Positions 18,972 to 31,506 of a stretch of 64,000 nt of DNA are shown piece by piece. The position numbers and the translations under genes are program-made. The stretch spans positions 800,001 through 864,000 of the forward strand of contig OY760907.1 of NCBI GenBank assembly GCA_963664195.1, given 5' to 3'. The notes under the pieces are model-generated. The model did not search any database. It saw nothing but the letters and a program-made list of their open reading frames with translations, and was not told where the DNA came from. The stretch is from an uncultured candidate division Zixibacteria bacterium. Lineage in GTDB: Bacteria; Zixibacteria; MSB-5A5; GN15; FEB-12. Each line of letters begins with the position of its first letter. The first letter of the stretch is position 1.

Positions 18972-19631
18972 ATGAGAACAACTGTCCCGGTAATAGTAGC
19001 CTTTCTTTCCGGTCTGACGCTGATCGTGTCGTTCTTCTTCCGTGAAGGCACTTGGATCGGCGATCTTTCGCAGGAATTGATTGTCTGGCTGACTATTGTC
19101 GGTGGCTTCACCCTGCTTCTGGGTGTTGTCTCCATCACCCGAGTCAACTGGACGGCGGTGCAGCGACGCAGACCCGGCTGGGGCTATAAGATTCTGACGT
19201 TGATATCTATCTTCGCCATGGCTATCCCCTCGTTGTTGTCTCCCTCTTGGAGTCCGTGGTTTGGTCGTGCTGAGGGTTCGATTTACGATTGGCTTTTCGT
19301 CAATTTGCAGATGCCGATGATGTCGACCATGTTTGCGACACTCGCTTTTTACATCGCTTCGGCGGCGTATCGTGCCTTCAGGGCACGTTCGGTTGAGGCC
19401 ACCATTCTCCTGATCACCGCCTGCATGGTCATGCTCTGGCGCGTTCCAATGGGAGAGGCACTGTTGAATATGCTCCCCGGTGACATTCCGGCTTTCCTGA
19501 ACACCTACGTAATGGGTGGCGCCAACATGGCGGTTCAGCGCGGCATCATCATTGGCGCGGCACTGGGTGCGGCCTCCATGTCCCTTCGCATTATTCTCGG
19601 TATCGAGAGAACTTACATGGGGAAGGGATAG
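18972..19631 (+). CDS. Uncharacterised integral membrane protein (cassette gene 2)
   Basis: About 6 hydrophobic segments; FYIASAAYRAFRARS and QRGIIIGAALG...LRIILGIER motifs. Confidence 0.8.
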   Translation: MRTTVPVIVAFLSGLTLIVSFFFREGTWIGDLSQELIVWLTIVGGFTLLLGVVSITRVNWTAVQRRRPGWGYKILTLISIFAMAIPSLLSPSWSPWFGRAEGSIYDWLFVNLQMPMMSTMFATLAFYIASAAYRAFRARSVEATILLITACMVMLWRVPMGEALLNMLPGDIPAFLNTYVMGGANMAVQRGIIIGAALGAASMSLRIILGIERTYMGKG

Positions 19632-19634
19632 CCT

Positions 19635-20471
19635 GTGAGCTTCTGGAAACAACTTGAAGGTATCGACAGGCGCTGGATATACCTGGCTGTGGGCGTAGCG
19701 GTGATATTCCCGTTCATTTTCCCAACCCCTTTGCCGATCAGCATAACGCCGGAGTCGCAGTCTTTTTACGACGCAGTCGAGGATCTCCCCGATGGCTGTA
19801 ATGTGTTTCTCGTGTTCGACTACTATCCGTCGACAATCGCAGAATGCGAGCCAATGGCCAGAGCGGCGCTGCATCATTTCTTCCGCAAGGACTGCAAAGT
19901 AGTCACTCTCAGCAACATACCTCTTGGCGGACCTTCGATGGCCGAAAAGGTCACACGAGAGATGGCGGAATTGTACGGCAAAGAATACGGCGTGGATTAC
20001 GTCAATCTTGGATACAAATACGGCTATGTCGCCGTCATGCAGGGAATGGGCTCCTCAATTGAGTCGATCTTCCCAACCGACAACAGGGGCACCCCGCTGT
20101 CTGAGTTGCCCCTCATGGACTCGGTAAAAAACTACAGTGATATGTCGTTCCTGTTCGAGATAGCTGACAACGCGACTGCCGATTATTGGGTGTCGATAGT
20201 CAACGCCCAGTACGGTCTTCCAATGGGTTGTGGCACGACTGCCGTGAGCGCACCAAAATACTATGCTTTTGTATCTTCCGGTCAATTCGTCGGACTGCTT
20301 GGAGGCATGAAAGGCGCCGCCGAATATGAACTGCTGGTAGGCAAGTCAGGTACCGCGGTGACAGGAATGGGTGCCCAGTCGCTGGTCCATCTGTTGATTA
20401 TTGCTCTTGTGATACTTGGCAATCTCGGGTTTTTCATCATGAGATCGCAGAGTAGAAGGGGGCAGGCATGA
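19635..20471 (+). CDS. Uncharacterised membrane-anchored protein (cassette gene 3)
   Basis: IDRRWIY, YGVDYVNLGY, GLLGGMKGAAEYE; N- and C-terminal TMs. Confidence 0.8.
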   Translation: MSFWKQLEGIDRRWIYLAVGVAVIFPFIFPTPLPISITPESQSFYDAVEDLPDGCNVFLVFDYYPSTIAECEPMARAALHHFFRKDCKVVTLSNIPLGGPSMAEKVTREMAELYGKEYGVDYVNLGYKYGYVAVMQGMGSSIESIFPTDNRGTPLSELPLMDSVKNYSDMSFLFEIADNATADYWVSIVNAQYGLPMGCGTTAVSAPKYYAFVSSGQFVGLLGGMKGAAEYELLVGKSGTAVTGMGAQSLVHLLIIALVILGNLGFFIMRSQSRRGQA

Positions 20472-21106
20472 GTGGCATAGAACTGCTCCAGCTCTGGATC
20501 ATCGCCTTCTTCACTCTGGCGCTGTTCTCCTTCATGTACAAAGACAACCCGATCTACAAGGTCGCGGAGCATATATTCGCCGGACTTACCGCCGGTTACC
20601 AGGTCGGACTTGTCTGGGACACCGTCATCTTGCAGCAGTTGTGGAATCCGATGGTCAACGAAGGCGACTGGTGGTTGATAATCCCCGGTGTCATGGGTTT
20701 TCTAATGTTCGCCCGCTTCTGGGAGCGCTTCTCCTGGGTCTCGCGCATTTCGCTGGCCTTTGTCATGGGCGTTACCTCCGGTATCTTCCTGACCTCGCAG
20801 CTTCACGGTCTCGTACTCCCCCAGATGAAAGATACCATGCTGCCGCTGTGGAACGGCGACGGTTTTGCCGCTCTGGCGCTCACGCTGATCGTCGTTATTG
20901 GCGTCATCTCGACCCTGATCTACTTCTATTTCTCGAAAGAGCATACCGGTGCGCTCGGAGTCACGGCAAAGGTCGGTATCTGGTTCATCATGATATCGTT
21001 CGGCGCGCACTTCGGCTACACCGTCATGGGTCGTGTATCACTGCTGATTGGCAGGGTGCAGTTCCTGATCGAGGATTGGATCGGATCGTTTTCACAGATT
21101 TTCTAG
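20468..21106 (+). CDS. Uncharacterised integral membrane protein (cassette gene 4)
   Basis: SFMYKDNPIYKVAEHIFAG, YFYFS, FGAHFGYTVMGR; ATGA overlap with gene 3. Confidence 0.8.
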   Translation: MSGIELLQLWIIAFFTLALFSFMYKDNPIYKVAEHIFAGLTAGYQVGLVWDTVILQQLWNPMVNEGDWWLIIPGVMGFLMFARFWERFSWVSRISLAFVMGVTSGIFLTSQLHGLVLPQMKDTMLPLWNGDGFAALALTLIVVIGVISTLIYFYFSKEHTGALGVTAKVGIWFIMISFGAHFGYTVMGRVSLLIGRVQFLIEDWIGSFSQIF

Positions 21107-21146
21107 GCATTCTGTGCCTCAACAACTGAATTCCTGCAGGTTCGTC

Positions 21147-21806
21147 ATGATGAAAAGCTCACTATTCTTCTGTTCGATATTCCTCTTGTTCCTCTCAGGC
21201 TGCGGATCGGTCGACGACGGCTCCATTTATGACACCGCCGACAACCCGGATGGTTTTCCGACCACAGCCCTCACGGTGATCGAGAACGTTCGCGACGGCA
21301 AACTCGCCGATTATGAATCAGTCACTGTCGCCTTTGGTGATCTGTACACCGAGAATCCGGACCTGCTGGATCAACCGGAATGGAACAACGTCATCCAGCT
21401 AATCGGAAATGTCTTCCGAACCAGGGCCGACAGCCTGGCAAAAACGGGAATCGAGAACCTCGCCCGAACGGCCGAACTCTATCAGTTAGCCCTGTTGGGC
21501 AATCCTGAGGACAAGGCACTCCAACGCGAGGCCGGTCTGTTTGCCATCTGGTTAGAAGCGGAGGAAAACGCCTCGATCCCCCTGGCTCCGCTGCTGAACG
21601 CCAACAGCATTCGGCTGGGCGACGCTATCATCGTGGCCGGACACGTCTTGAGAGCGGGAGACGACAGTGCAGAATTCTTTGAGGACCGGCTGAAAGGGCC
21701 CGTTATGGACCGCCTCATCGCCCGAAACCAGCTCACGCCGGAGGTTGTTGCTGCCCTCTCCCCGGTCGAACGGGAATTAGCTACCCGGGCTGGATTGATA
21801 CGGTAG
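21147..21806 (+). CDS. Hypothetical lipoprotein
   Basis: MMKSS + hydrophobic stretch + LSGC lipobox. Confidence 0.7.
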   Translation: MMKSSLFFCSIFLLFLSGCGSVDDGSIYDTADNPDGFPTTALTVIENVRDGKLADYESVTVAFGDLYTENPDLLDQPEWNNVIQLIGNVFRTRADSLAKTGIENLARTAELYQLALLGNPEDKALQREAGLFAIWLEAEENASIPLAPLLNANSIRLGDAIIVAGHVLRAGDDSAEFFEDRLKGPVMDRLIARNQLTPEVVAALSPVERELATRAGLIR

Positions 21807-21921
21807 AAATCAGCGTCCGGTCACCGATCGTTTTGCCAAATACGGGGTATTCCACCGAGATTTCTGCTTGTCAGCTATATCTTGTTTGGCTACATTCGGT
21901 TAATTCTGGAAAGGAATTGGC

Positions 21922-22911
21922 ATGAGAGTAGTTATCCCGGTAGCAGGGATCGGCACAAGACTCAGACCGCACACACATTCGTTGCCCAAGCCGCTGTTGC
22001 ATGTGGCCGGCAGACCTATCCTGGCACACCTGCTTGACCCAATCGTGCAGTTGGACCCGGAAGAGGTTGTCTTTGTTATTGGGTTCCGTGGCGACCAGAT
22101 TCGCGAATATGTGGAAGAGAACTACTCTTTCAAATCTACTTTTGTTCATCAGGATGAATTGCTGGGATTGGGGTACGCCCTCAATCTGGCGGTCAAGGAT
22201 GTTACCGACGGAGACGTATTGGTCATCCTGGGCGATACGATTGTTGAATGCGACCTGAAGAAGTTCGTGAGCGCCGGCGACTATGTCCTCGGCCTCAAGC
22301 AGGTCCCGGATCCGGAGCGGTTCGGGGTAGCGGTCGTAAACGATAACCGCGTTGTTGAGTTGGTGGAAAAACCGGAAAAACCAAAAACCAACCTGGCCGT
22401 CATCGGGCTGTATTACTTCAAAGATGTCAATACCGTCAAGAGAGCGCTCAACAAGCATGTTGGTTCCGGTAAGACTACACGCGGAGAAATCCAGTTTACG
22501 GATGCCCTCGACGATATGATCCGAAGCGGCATATCGTTCGTGCCGTACGAAGTCAACGAATGGTTCGACTGCGGCAAGACAGAGACCCTCCTTTCCACCA
22601 ACGAACATATTGTCACGACCAAGAACCAGACCAAAGCGCTTGAGGGATGCATTCTCATACCGCCGGTGTATGTACACCCGGAGGCGAAGGTCGTGAAGTC
22701 CGTAATCGGCCCCAACGTTTCGATCTCAGCCGGCTCGACAATCACAAACTCAATAATCAGAAATTCCATTATCGGCAGCAACACAACGGTGGATCAGATG
22801 ATCCTCGAGGATTCGCTGCTTGGTCACGATGCATGCATCAAGGGAACCAGCCAGGTGCTGAACCTTGGTGACTCCTCGGAAATCAACGCGGAGAAGAAAA
22901 CCAATATCTAG
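21922..22911 (+). CDS. Sugar-phosphate nucleotidyltransferase (long RmlA-like, with hexapeptide tail)
   Basis: AGIGTRLRPHT, PKPL, VEKP, GEIQFTDAL, WFDCG and C-terminal left-handed beta-helix repeats. Confidence 0.88.
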   Translation: MRVVIPVAGIGTRLRPHTHSLPKPLLHVAGRPILAHLLDPIVQLDPEEVVFVIGFRGDQIREYVEENYSFKSTFVHQDELLGLGYALNLAVKDVTDGDVLVILGDTIVECDLKKFVSAGDYVLGLKQVPDPERFGVAVVNDNRVVELVEKPEKPKTNLAVIGLYYFKDVNTVKRALNKHVGSGKTTRGEIQFTDALDDMIRSGISFVPYEVNEWFDCGKTETLLSTNEHIVTTKNQTKALEGCILIPPVYVHPEAKVVKSVIGPNVSISAGSTITNSIIRNSIIGSNTTVDQMILEDSLLGHDACIKGTSQVLNLGDSSEINAEKKTNI

Positions 22912-22951
22912 TGCCGTAAACATTTCGAACGGCAGATAAGGAGAATTGCCA

Positions 22952-25379
<2,428 letters not shown>

Positions 25380-25410
25380 TCCCGCAAACGGCGAATGAAC
25401 CGGCATTCAT

Positions 25411-25445
25411 GAGGGCGAGGCCGTGAAAGTCTCGTCCTCTTTTTT
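25411..25445 (+). terminator. Intrinsic terminator after ahcY
   Basis: GAGGGCGAGGC...GTCTCGTCCTC followed by a T-run. Confidence 0.7.
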
Positions 25446-25494
25446 GTGAGACAAAAAGAAAAAAAGATAATGGACACATACTCTGGAGGTTGAC

Positions 25495-25923
25495 ATGGCC
25501 AGCGTAAAGGACGGCAGCACAGTCAAGGTACATTACACGGGCAAACTGGAAGACGGCACCGTGTTCGATAGCTCCCTGGAGCGGGAACCGCTGGAATTCA
25601 AGATCGGTGCCGGCAGTATCATTCCCGGCTTCGAAAAGGGCATCATGGGCCTGGAAACCGGCGCGAAGAAGACCTTGACCATCGCCCCGGAAGACGGGTA
25701 CGGCGACCCGAGCCAGGACCTGATCGCGGTGGTGAAGAAGACTGAATTCCCGAAAGATATCACTCCCGAATTAGGCCAACAGCTCCAAATGCAGCGCCCC
25801 GACGGTCAGATTGTCAACATGGTTATCTCCCAAATCGATGGCGATGACGTCACGCTGGATGCCAATCATCCACTCGCCGGCAAAACGCTCATATTCGATA
25901 TTGAACTGGTCGAAGTGGCCTGA
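25495..25923 (+). CDS. FKBP-type peptidyl-prolyl isomerase (SlyD/SlpA-like, no His tail)
   Basis: VHYTGKLEDGTVFDSS, IPGFE, DANHPLAGKTL. Confidence 0.95.
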   Translation: MASVKDGSTVKVHYTGKLEDGTVFDSSLEREPLEFKIGAGSIIPGFEKGIMGLETGAKKTLTIAPEDGYGDPSQDLIAVVKKTEFPKDITPELGQQLQMQRPDGQIVNMVISQIDGDDVTLDANHPLAGKTLIFDIELVEVA

Positions 25924-25957
25924 AGACCGCCTGATTCAGCAATAAATGGCAAATCTA

Positions 25958-25992
25958 ACCCGGTAGACCCCGTGTCTGCCGGGTCTTTCTTT
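25958..25992 (+). terminator. Intrinsic terminator
   Basis: ACCCGGTAGAC...GTCTGCCGGGT followed by CTTTCTTT. Confidence 0.75.
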
Positions 25993-26493
25993 GTCCGTTG
26001 GACTCGCCCACACTGCATGCCAGTGTCGCTATGTAACTGCCTTGCAAGAATATAAGCATATTCTTCAACCAAATTAAAATCATCCAGTTTCCACTGCCAC
26101 AATCTGACAGTGAATCTCATATCTTACAATTAAGCGAAGGAGAAACGGGGGGGGACAGTACAAGAAGCACTTGGGGCGAATAGATAAATAAGAGAAATCT
26201 GGTCGCGGGCCAGTTCACGTCGCTGACAACAGAGATGACTGATATCGGCTGTTTCCTTTCGTGCAATCGGGCCATGAGAGTCGGAGGGGAATAGTCGTTT
26301 ACGGTCGGGTTTCCGATCCTGTAGTGCCTATTGGGAACCCGGCCTTCTTGTGTTCCGGATCATCTGACACCATCGTTTACAAATGGCCAATCCCTCCTTG
26401 CCTGCATCCACGAATATCGTATCTTGCAACGAGATGGAACAGTGCCCATCCGAAGGCGTGTGTTCTTTCGATCAACCAACACAGAAGCCGACT

Positions 26494-27222
26494 ATGGAGA
26501 GCAGGCTGATGCCGGGTCTTCTTGCGAGAAACAGACAGAGAATTAACGAAGAACTCCGAAGTCCGCATGACCGTCGGTTTTTCACCGCCGCTTTCTACGG
26601 TGCCAATGAGACTACGGTCCCTGCCATAGAGAACTACGCTCGCGGCAAAATGATCGATGTCGGCTGCGGCGATTTGCCCTACAAGGAAATCATCGTCAAA
26701 CACGTCGACCAGTACGATACGTTCGACATTGAGAAGCGCGTACCCGAAGTGATGTTTGTCGGCGATATCCAGAATATGGAAGAGATCGCAGACGAATCCT
26801 ACGACTCTGCCCTCTGTCTCGAAGTTCTCGAACACGTGCCGCATCCGTTCGACGGTTTCTCAGAGTTGGGACGAATACTCAAAAAGGACGGCGTGCTTAT
26901 CATGTCCGTGCCGCATCTGAGCCGCCTGCACGAGGAACCGTGGGATTTCTATCGCTACACGAAGTATGCGCTCAAATCTATTCTTGAGGAACGCGGTTTC
27001 GAGATCGTCGAGATAAACTCACGAGGGGGCCTGTTCTCGTTTCTGGGACACCAGTTCTCGACCGTATTCGTGTGCCTTTTCTGGCATATTCCAGTAATCA
27101 AGCACGTAGTGTTTTTCCTTAATAAATGGCTATGCGTTAAACCGTGCCGCTGGTTGGATCGTCATTTGGATAAGAAGGGCATATTTGCCCTCGGCTATAC
27201 GGTGGTGGCGAGGAAGAAATAG
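26494..27222 (+). CDS. Class I SAM-dependent methyltransferase
   Basis: IDVGCG motif I, CLEVLEHVP, LKKDGVL, HEEPWDFYRYT. Start uncertain (26383, 26494 or 26509). Confidence 0.85.
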   Translation: MESRLMPGLLARNRQRINEELRSPHDRRFFTAAFYGANETTVPAIENYARGKMIDVGCGDLPYKEIIVKHVDQYDTFDIEKRVPEVMFVGDIQNMEEIADESYDSALCLEVLEHVPHPFDGFSELGRILKKDGVLIMSVPHLSRLHEEPWDFYRYTKYALKSILEERGFEIVEINSRGGLFSFLGHQFSTVFVCLFWHIPVIKHVVFFLNKWLCVKPCRWLDRHLDKKGIFALGYTVVARKK

Positions 27223-27237
27223 ATCACGCGGGCTGGC

Positions 27238-28026
27238 TCAGTCGCGCGGCTTCTTCGCTTTTATCGACAACATCAACGGGAATTTCGACGGGCCGTCAGG
27301 CGGCCACCAGTAATGCTCCTCATCCTCAACCCAGTCCGGTTTCGTCCGGTAGTAACCGTGGGGATACTCCCCCAACTCCTCAATAACCAACCCCGCCTTG
27401 ATCAGGGCATTTACGATCTCAAACACCGGATGCTGCCATTCAACATGTTCGCCGTCGATATGTGTTTCTGTCTCGCAGTAGTCAGTCGGATTGACCGTCC
27501 GCTCCGGCTCCTTGTCGAAGTACCCCAGCGGCGGCCAGAGATACATCACATTGCCCGGATGCTCATCGATAATGAAGAACGTCCCGCCCGGTTTGAGGTA
27601 GTGTGCCACGACCTCCGCCCATTTGAAGATGTCTGAGATCCAGCAATGTGTCCCGTAGGATTGGAACACGTAATCGAATTTCTTGTCAATAACACCAATT
27701 AGATCAAGTACGTCGGATCGAACGAACTCGGCTCTGAGGCCGGTCTTGTCCCGAAGTTCGTTGGCGACTTCAATTGACCGCTCGGAGATGTCGGCGCCCA
27801 TGACTTCGGCACCCTGACGCTCCCATGAAAGCGTGTCCAAACCAAACTGGCACATCAGGTGAAGAAGGCTCTTCCCTTTCACCTCGCCAAGCGCTTCAAG
27901 CTCGATTCGTTTTAGCGACGAGCCACCCGCCAGAACATGTTCAGTAAGATACTCGGGGTGGTTGATGTGGAGATCAACCATTTCGTTCCAAGCCTTGCGG
28001 TTTTTCTCGTGATCCGGATTTGGCAC
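27238..28026 (-). CDS. Class I SAM-dependent methyltransferase
   Basis: NRKAWNE, LLHLMCQFGLDTLS, LKPGG, EWQH. GTG start at 28026 overlaps the lptG stop. Confidence 0.88.
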   Translation of the reverse strand: MPNPDHEKNRKAWNEMVDLHINHPEYLTEHVLAGGSSLKRIELEALGEVKGKSLLHLMCQFGLDTLSWERQGAEVMGADISERSIEVANELRDKTGLRAEFVRSDVLDLIGVIDKKFDYVFQSYGTHCWISDIFKWAEVVAHYLKPGGTFFIIDEHPGNVMYLWPPLGYFDKEPERTVNPTDYCETETHIDGEHVEWQHPVFEIVNALIKAGLVIEELGEYPHGYYRTKPDWVEDEEHYWWPPDGPSKFPLMLSIKAKKPRD

Positions 28027-29108
28027 TACTTCCTCGCTCTCAACATGAGTACGGCACCAACAATGAAGAAAAGGCCGTTTACTCCCCACGCCGCTATGTC
28101 TTCGGGCAGTTTGCCGTTGTACCCTGATGATTGGAAGACCCTGAACAAGACGAAAAATACCACGGCAATCAGCGTCCCCATTGCAAATGAAATCGCGATT
28201 CCTCCCTTGCGAGGATTGCTGGCATACGGTACGCAAATCAGCACGACAATCACCGAGCCCAGGGGAAACGAGTATTTCAGCTTAAGGTCTACCGATTCCC
28301 GCACGTGCGGTCCGCCGGTCCGCTTCATCAGATCGATATAATCCTCCAGTTCCTGAAGACTCATATCCTCCGGCTTGCCAATCCTCTTGGCCAGGTTTTC
28401 CGGCTTATCCTGAATATCCGCAACCACAAGCGTGTCAAATCGATAGAACCCCTGACGTTCACCGTCAACAAAATGTCTCCGGATGCCGTCGACAGCCCGC
28501 CAGTTGTACTCGTGGTAGATGACTTTCGTGGCGGTGACTATCTCCGTCAGTTCATTGCCCTCGGTCCGGTAGAGTTTGAAATTGTCCCCCTGCGCCCGGT
28601 CAACATCGAAACTCGCCATAGTATAGAAACTACCGGGACTTATCTGGCGATAGACATCGCGCACTTTGCGGTGGGCGGCACGCGACCGTCGTTCGATGAT
28701 GAAGTTCTTCATCTCCACTCGCTTCTGATTGGCGGGCGGATAGATATGCTCGTTGTAGTAGAAGTGTCCGGCAGCAATAAGCAAGGTCACGACCATAAGT
28801 GGCGCGGCGATACGATATAACGAGCGGCCGGACGCTTTCATTGCCAGAATTTCCTGCCGACGAGCCAGCATCGAGATAGAAAACAGCACCGCCAACAGAA
28901 CAAACATCGGCATGAACGACTTGACGATCCATCCGGCGAAATATACGTAGTATTCGAGCACTTTGAAGATAGGAACATCGTGGTCGATGAAATCATGAAG
29001 TTCCGAAACCATATTGAGAACCACAATCGTCAGACCTATCGCCACAATGACGACAAACAGACTGACAAAGAAATGCCGCAGTATGTACCGATCGAGCTTC
29101 TTGATCAT
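28026..29108 (-). CDS. lptG: LPS export ABC permease LptG
   Basis: KKLDRYI, EILAMKASG, PEDMS, KYSFP; tandem with lptF. Confidence 0.85.
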   Translation of the reverse strand: MIKKLDRYILRHFFVSLFVVIVAIGLTIVVLNMVSELHDFIDHDVPIFKVLEYYVYFAGWIVKSFMPMFVLLAVLFSISMLARRQEILAMKASGRSLYRIAAPLMVVTLLIAAGHFYYNEHIYPPANQKRVEMKNFIIERRSRAAHRKVRDVYRQISPGSFYTMASFDVDRAQGDNFKLYRTEGNELTEIVTATKVIYHEYNWRAVDGIRRHFVDGERQGFYRFDTLVVADIQDKPENLAKRIGKPEDMSLQELEDYIDLMKRTGGPHVRESVDLKLKYSFPLGSVIVVLICVPYASNPRKGGIAISFAMGTLIAVVFFVLFRVFQSSGYNGKLPEDIAAWGVNGLFFIVGAVLMLRARK

Positions 29109-29118
29109 CGTCCACCTG

Positions 29119-30444
29119 TCATCTCTGCCGCCTGAACCAGCCAAAAATCGGCTTCTCGGTGATCACGAGGTAGTTCAAATACAGTCCCACAGACCCGATG
29201 AGGATGTTGGCGCTCCACATCGCCCAGAACGGTGACACAATTCCCCGATCAGCAATATCTTCTCCTCCGATCAAGAATGCCCAGTAGATCATGAACATCA
29301 CCATCGCGATCCCAACGGCAACTCCCATCCCTCCGCGTCTGGCCATTATGCCCAGAGGGGCACCGACGAGAATGAAGGCCAGTGTGGCAGCCGGAATAGA
29401 GTATTTCTTTTGTATCTCTATGTCGTACTTGGCCATGATCCGATTCTGAGCGTCAATCTGGGAGAAGTTGCGCTCGACATGGCGAAGCATCACAGCGGCC
29501 TCGCTCTCAACATGACTCAGGGCAGTCCATTCGCCGGCAGTATCCGGTATCCTGGATACGAAACTGTCCGCGAACAAATGATCAAAGCGTTCGTTGAGAA
29601 ACACATTGATATTCTTCCGGAGCGGCTCGGCCGAGGTTTGCGCTCGATCGACATTGGCACGCATCTGGTCTATATCCATCTCGCGATCAGTCCGATACTC
29701 GGAGTCTGAGCGCACCAGTTCCGACCCGGTCCCCGAGACATTGATCGTGTGATGTTCGAAGTCCATCTTGCGGTAGTTGTCCGGCTCGGCTATATCGAGC
29801 GTGTGAATCTCGCCGTCGTTGAGAAGAAACCGCAGGTTCATTCCGCCATCGGTAACCTCAAGATACCCGTTGGCCGCAATAATAAGCTGTGGGCGGTTGG
29901 GGTCGCGGCGGTCGGTGATGCGCACTCCTTCGACGAACGAAGTAGCATGATCGATCTTGTCGATCAATACGAGGTAGCCGGGTATGTCGGTCACAAAAAT
30001 ACCGGACTGAAACACAAGTGTCGGACGCATCGATTGAATATCTCCGAGCAGCATGCGGGCTTTCTTGTTCAAATCGGGTAATATCTTGTCGTTGAATTGC
30101 ACCATGCCGTAGGTGACGACCGATCCCGCCAGCAAAAGCGGCAGAAGAACGTTCACCATGTTGATGCCGGAGGCCTTGACGGCGGTGATTTCAAAGTCGG
30201 CACTGAGTCGTCCAAACGCCATCAGAGTGGCCACAAGGATGGACATCGGTACCGAAAGCGCCAGCATCCAGGCCAGGTTGAGACCGAGTAATTCAAAAAC
30301 GATCAGCGGATCGATATCCTTGTCGATCACACGGTCTATTAACTTGGGTACCAGATCAATCACGAGGAGAAACGTGATCGTCAGGAATGAGAAAAAGAAC
30401 GGAGCAATATGCTCCTTGAGAATGTACCTTGTTAAAATCTTCAT
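29119..30444 (-). CDS. lptF: LPS export ABC permease LptF
   Basis: ILTRYI, FGRLSADFEITAVKASG, KKYSIP, LVGAPLG, AMWSAN. Confidence 0.85.
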   Translation of the reverse strand: MKILTRYILKEHIAPFFFSFLTITFLLVIDLVPKLIDRVIDKDIDPLIVFELLGLNLAWMLALSVPMSILVATLMAFGRLSADFEITAVKASGINMVNVLLPLLLAGSVVTYGMVQFNDKILPDLNKKARMLLGDIQSMRPTLVFQSGIFVTDIPGYLVLIDKIDHATSFVEGVRITDRRDPNRPQLIIAANGYLEVTDGGMNLRFLLNDGEIHTLDIAEPDNYRKMDFEHHTINVSGTGSELVRSDSEYRTDREMDIDQMRANVDRAQTSAEPLRKNINVFLNERFDHLFADSFVSRIPDTAGEWTALSHVESEAAVMLRHVERNFSQIDAQNRIMAKYDIEIQKKYSIPAATLAFILVGAPLGIMARRGGMGVAVGIAMVMFMIYWAFLIGGEDIADRGIVSPFWAMWSANILIGSVGLYLNYLVITEKPIFGWFRRQR

Positions 30445-30549
30445 AGAAACAGACCAATATATGCCTTATACTAAGGTCGACCAATATTTTATTCACGGGG
30501 GATGATTTTGTCTGGCCGTGATTTCGGAATTCGATTAGTATGGTGAATC

Positions 30550-31506
30550 ATGGAAAGCAAAAGAATCGTAGATTTTGTCGTTGAGGACCGTATCGAGGGC
30601 TATTTCGCGGTCCGTCGCAAAGATGTCCGCGAATACACGCGCGGTCACTATGTCTCGCTGGAAATCGGCGACTGCTCCGGACGCGTGCAGGCTGTCATGT
30701 GGGAACCGGACCATTTCGCCCTGGAAGAACTGGCCGAAGGGATGGTTGTCAAAATCAGGGGCACGGTCGGCGAATACCGCAACAAACTACAGCTCACAGT
30801 AGGCAAACTGCGGTTGGCGCTCGACGACGAGTACGGTCTTGAAGACATCCTCCCCCATTCAGAGCAGTCGTACGATCACCGGAAAACCCGCCTGACCGTG
30901 CTCCGGGACAAAATCAAGAACGGCTATATTCAGTCGCTGACCGACAGTTTCCTCGACGACGAAGTGTTTCTCGACAGCTACCTCAAAGCCGCCGCCGGTA
31001 AACTCTGGCACCATGCCACTATCGGCGGGCTTTCGGAACACTCGGCCAATGTCGCAGAGTTGGCCCTTAGAGTGGCACAGGGGTATGACTTCGTCGATAC
31101 GGACTACCTGATCTTCGGGGGAATATTCCATGACGCCGGCAAGATCGACACCTACAACACCGAAAGCGTGATTGACTACACCGACGAGGGCCGCCTCATA
31201 GGGCATATTTGCCTCGCAGACCATTGGATTTGTGAACGAGCCAAACGAATCGACAGCTTCCCGGATCGCCTGCTGATGAAGCTCCGGCACATGGTCCTGT
31301 CGCATCAGGGCGAACTTGAATATGCCACCCCGGTCGTGCCTCAGATGCCGGAAGCGTTCATATTGTATTTCTGCGATGAAATCGACTCCAAAATGGGCGC
31401 TATCGACCGTATACGCAAACGCCAGGGAGGCAAAGGCTGGTCGGAGTACGTCAAAATGCTGAACCGGTTCCTGTACTTTGGCGACCATGAGGAGCCAAAC
31501 GTGTGA
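30550..31506 (+). CDS. yhaM: YhaM-like 3'-5' exoribonuclease (OB-fold + HD)
   Basis: OB fold, AAGKLWHHATIGGLSEH, FHDAGK, LIGHI, HMVLSHQG. Confidence 0.88.
   Translation: MESKRIVDFVVEDRIEGYFAVRRKDVREYTRGHYVSLEIGDCSGRVQAVMWEPDHFALEELAEGMVVKIRGTVGEYRNKLQLTVGKLRLALDDEYGLEDILPHSEQSYDHRKTRLTVLRDKIKNGYIQSLTDSFLDDEVFLDSYLKAAAGKLWHHATIGGLSEHSANVAELALRVAQGYDFVDTDYLIFGGIFHDAGKIDTYNTESVIDYTDEGRLIGHICLADHWICERAKRIDSFPDRLLMKLRHMVLSHQGELEYATPVVPQMPEAFILYFCDEIDSKMGAIDRIRKRQGGKGWSEYVKMLNRFLYFGDHEEPNV

Noticed and set aside
25945..25990. c-di-GMP-I riboswitch suggested by GGCAAA
   Set aside because: It lacks the GNRA stem and the downstream GCAAAG element; the hairpin is a plain terminator.
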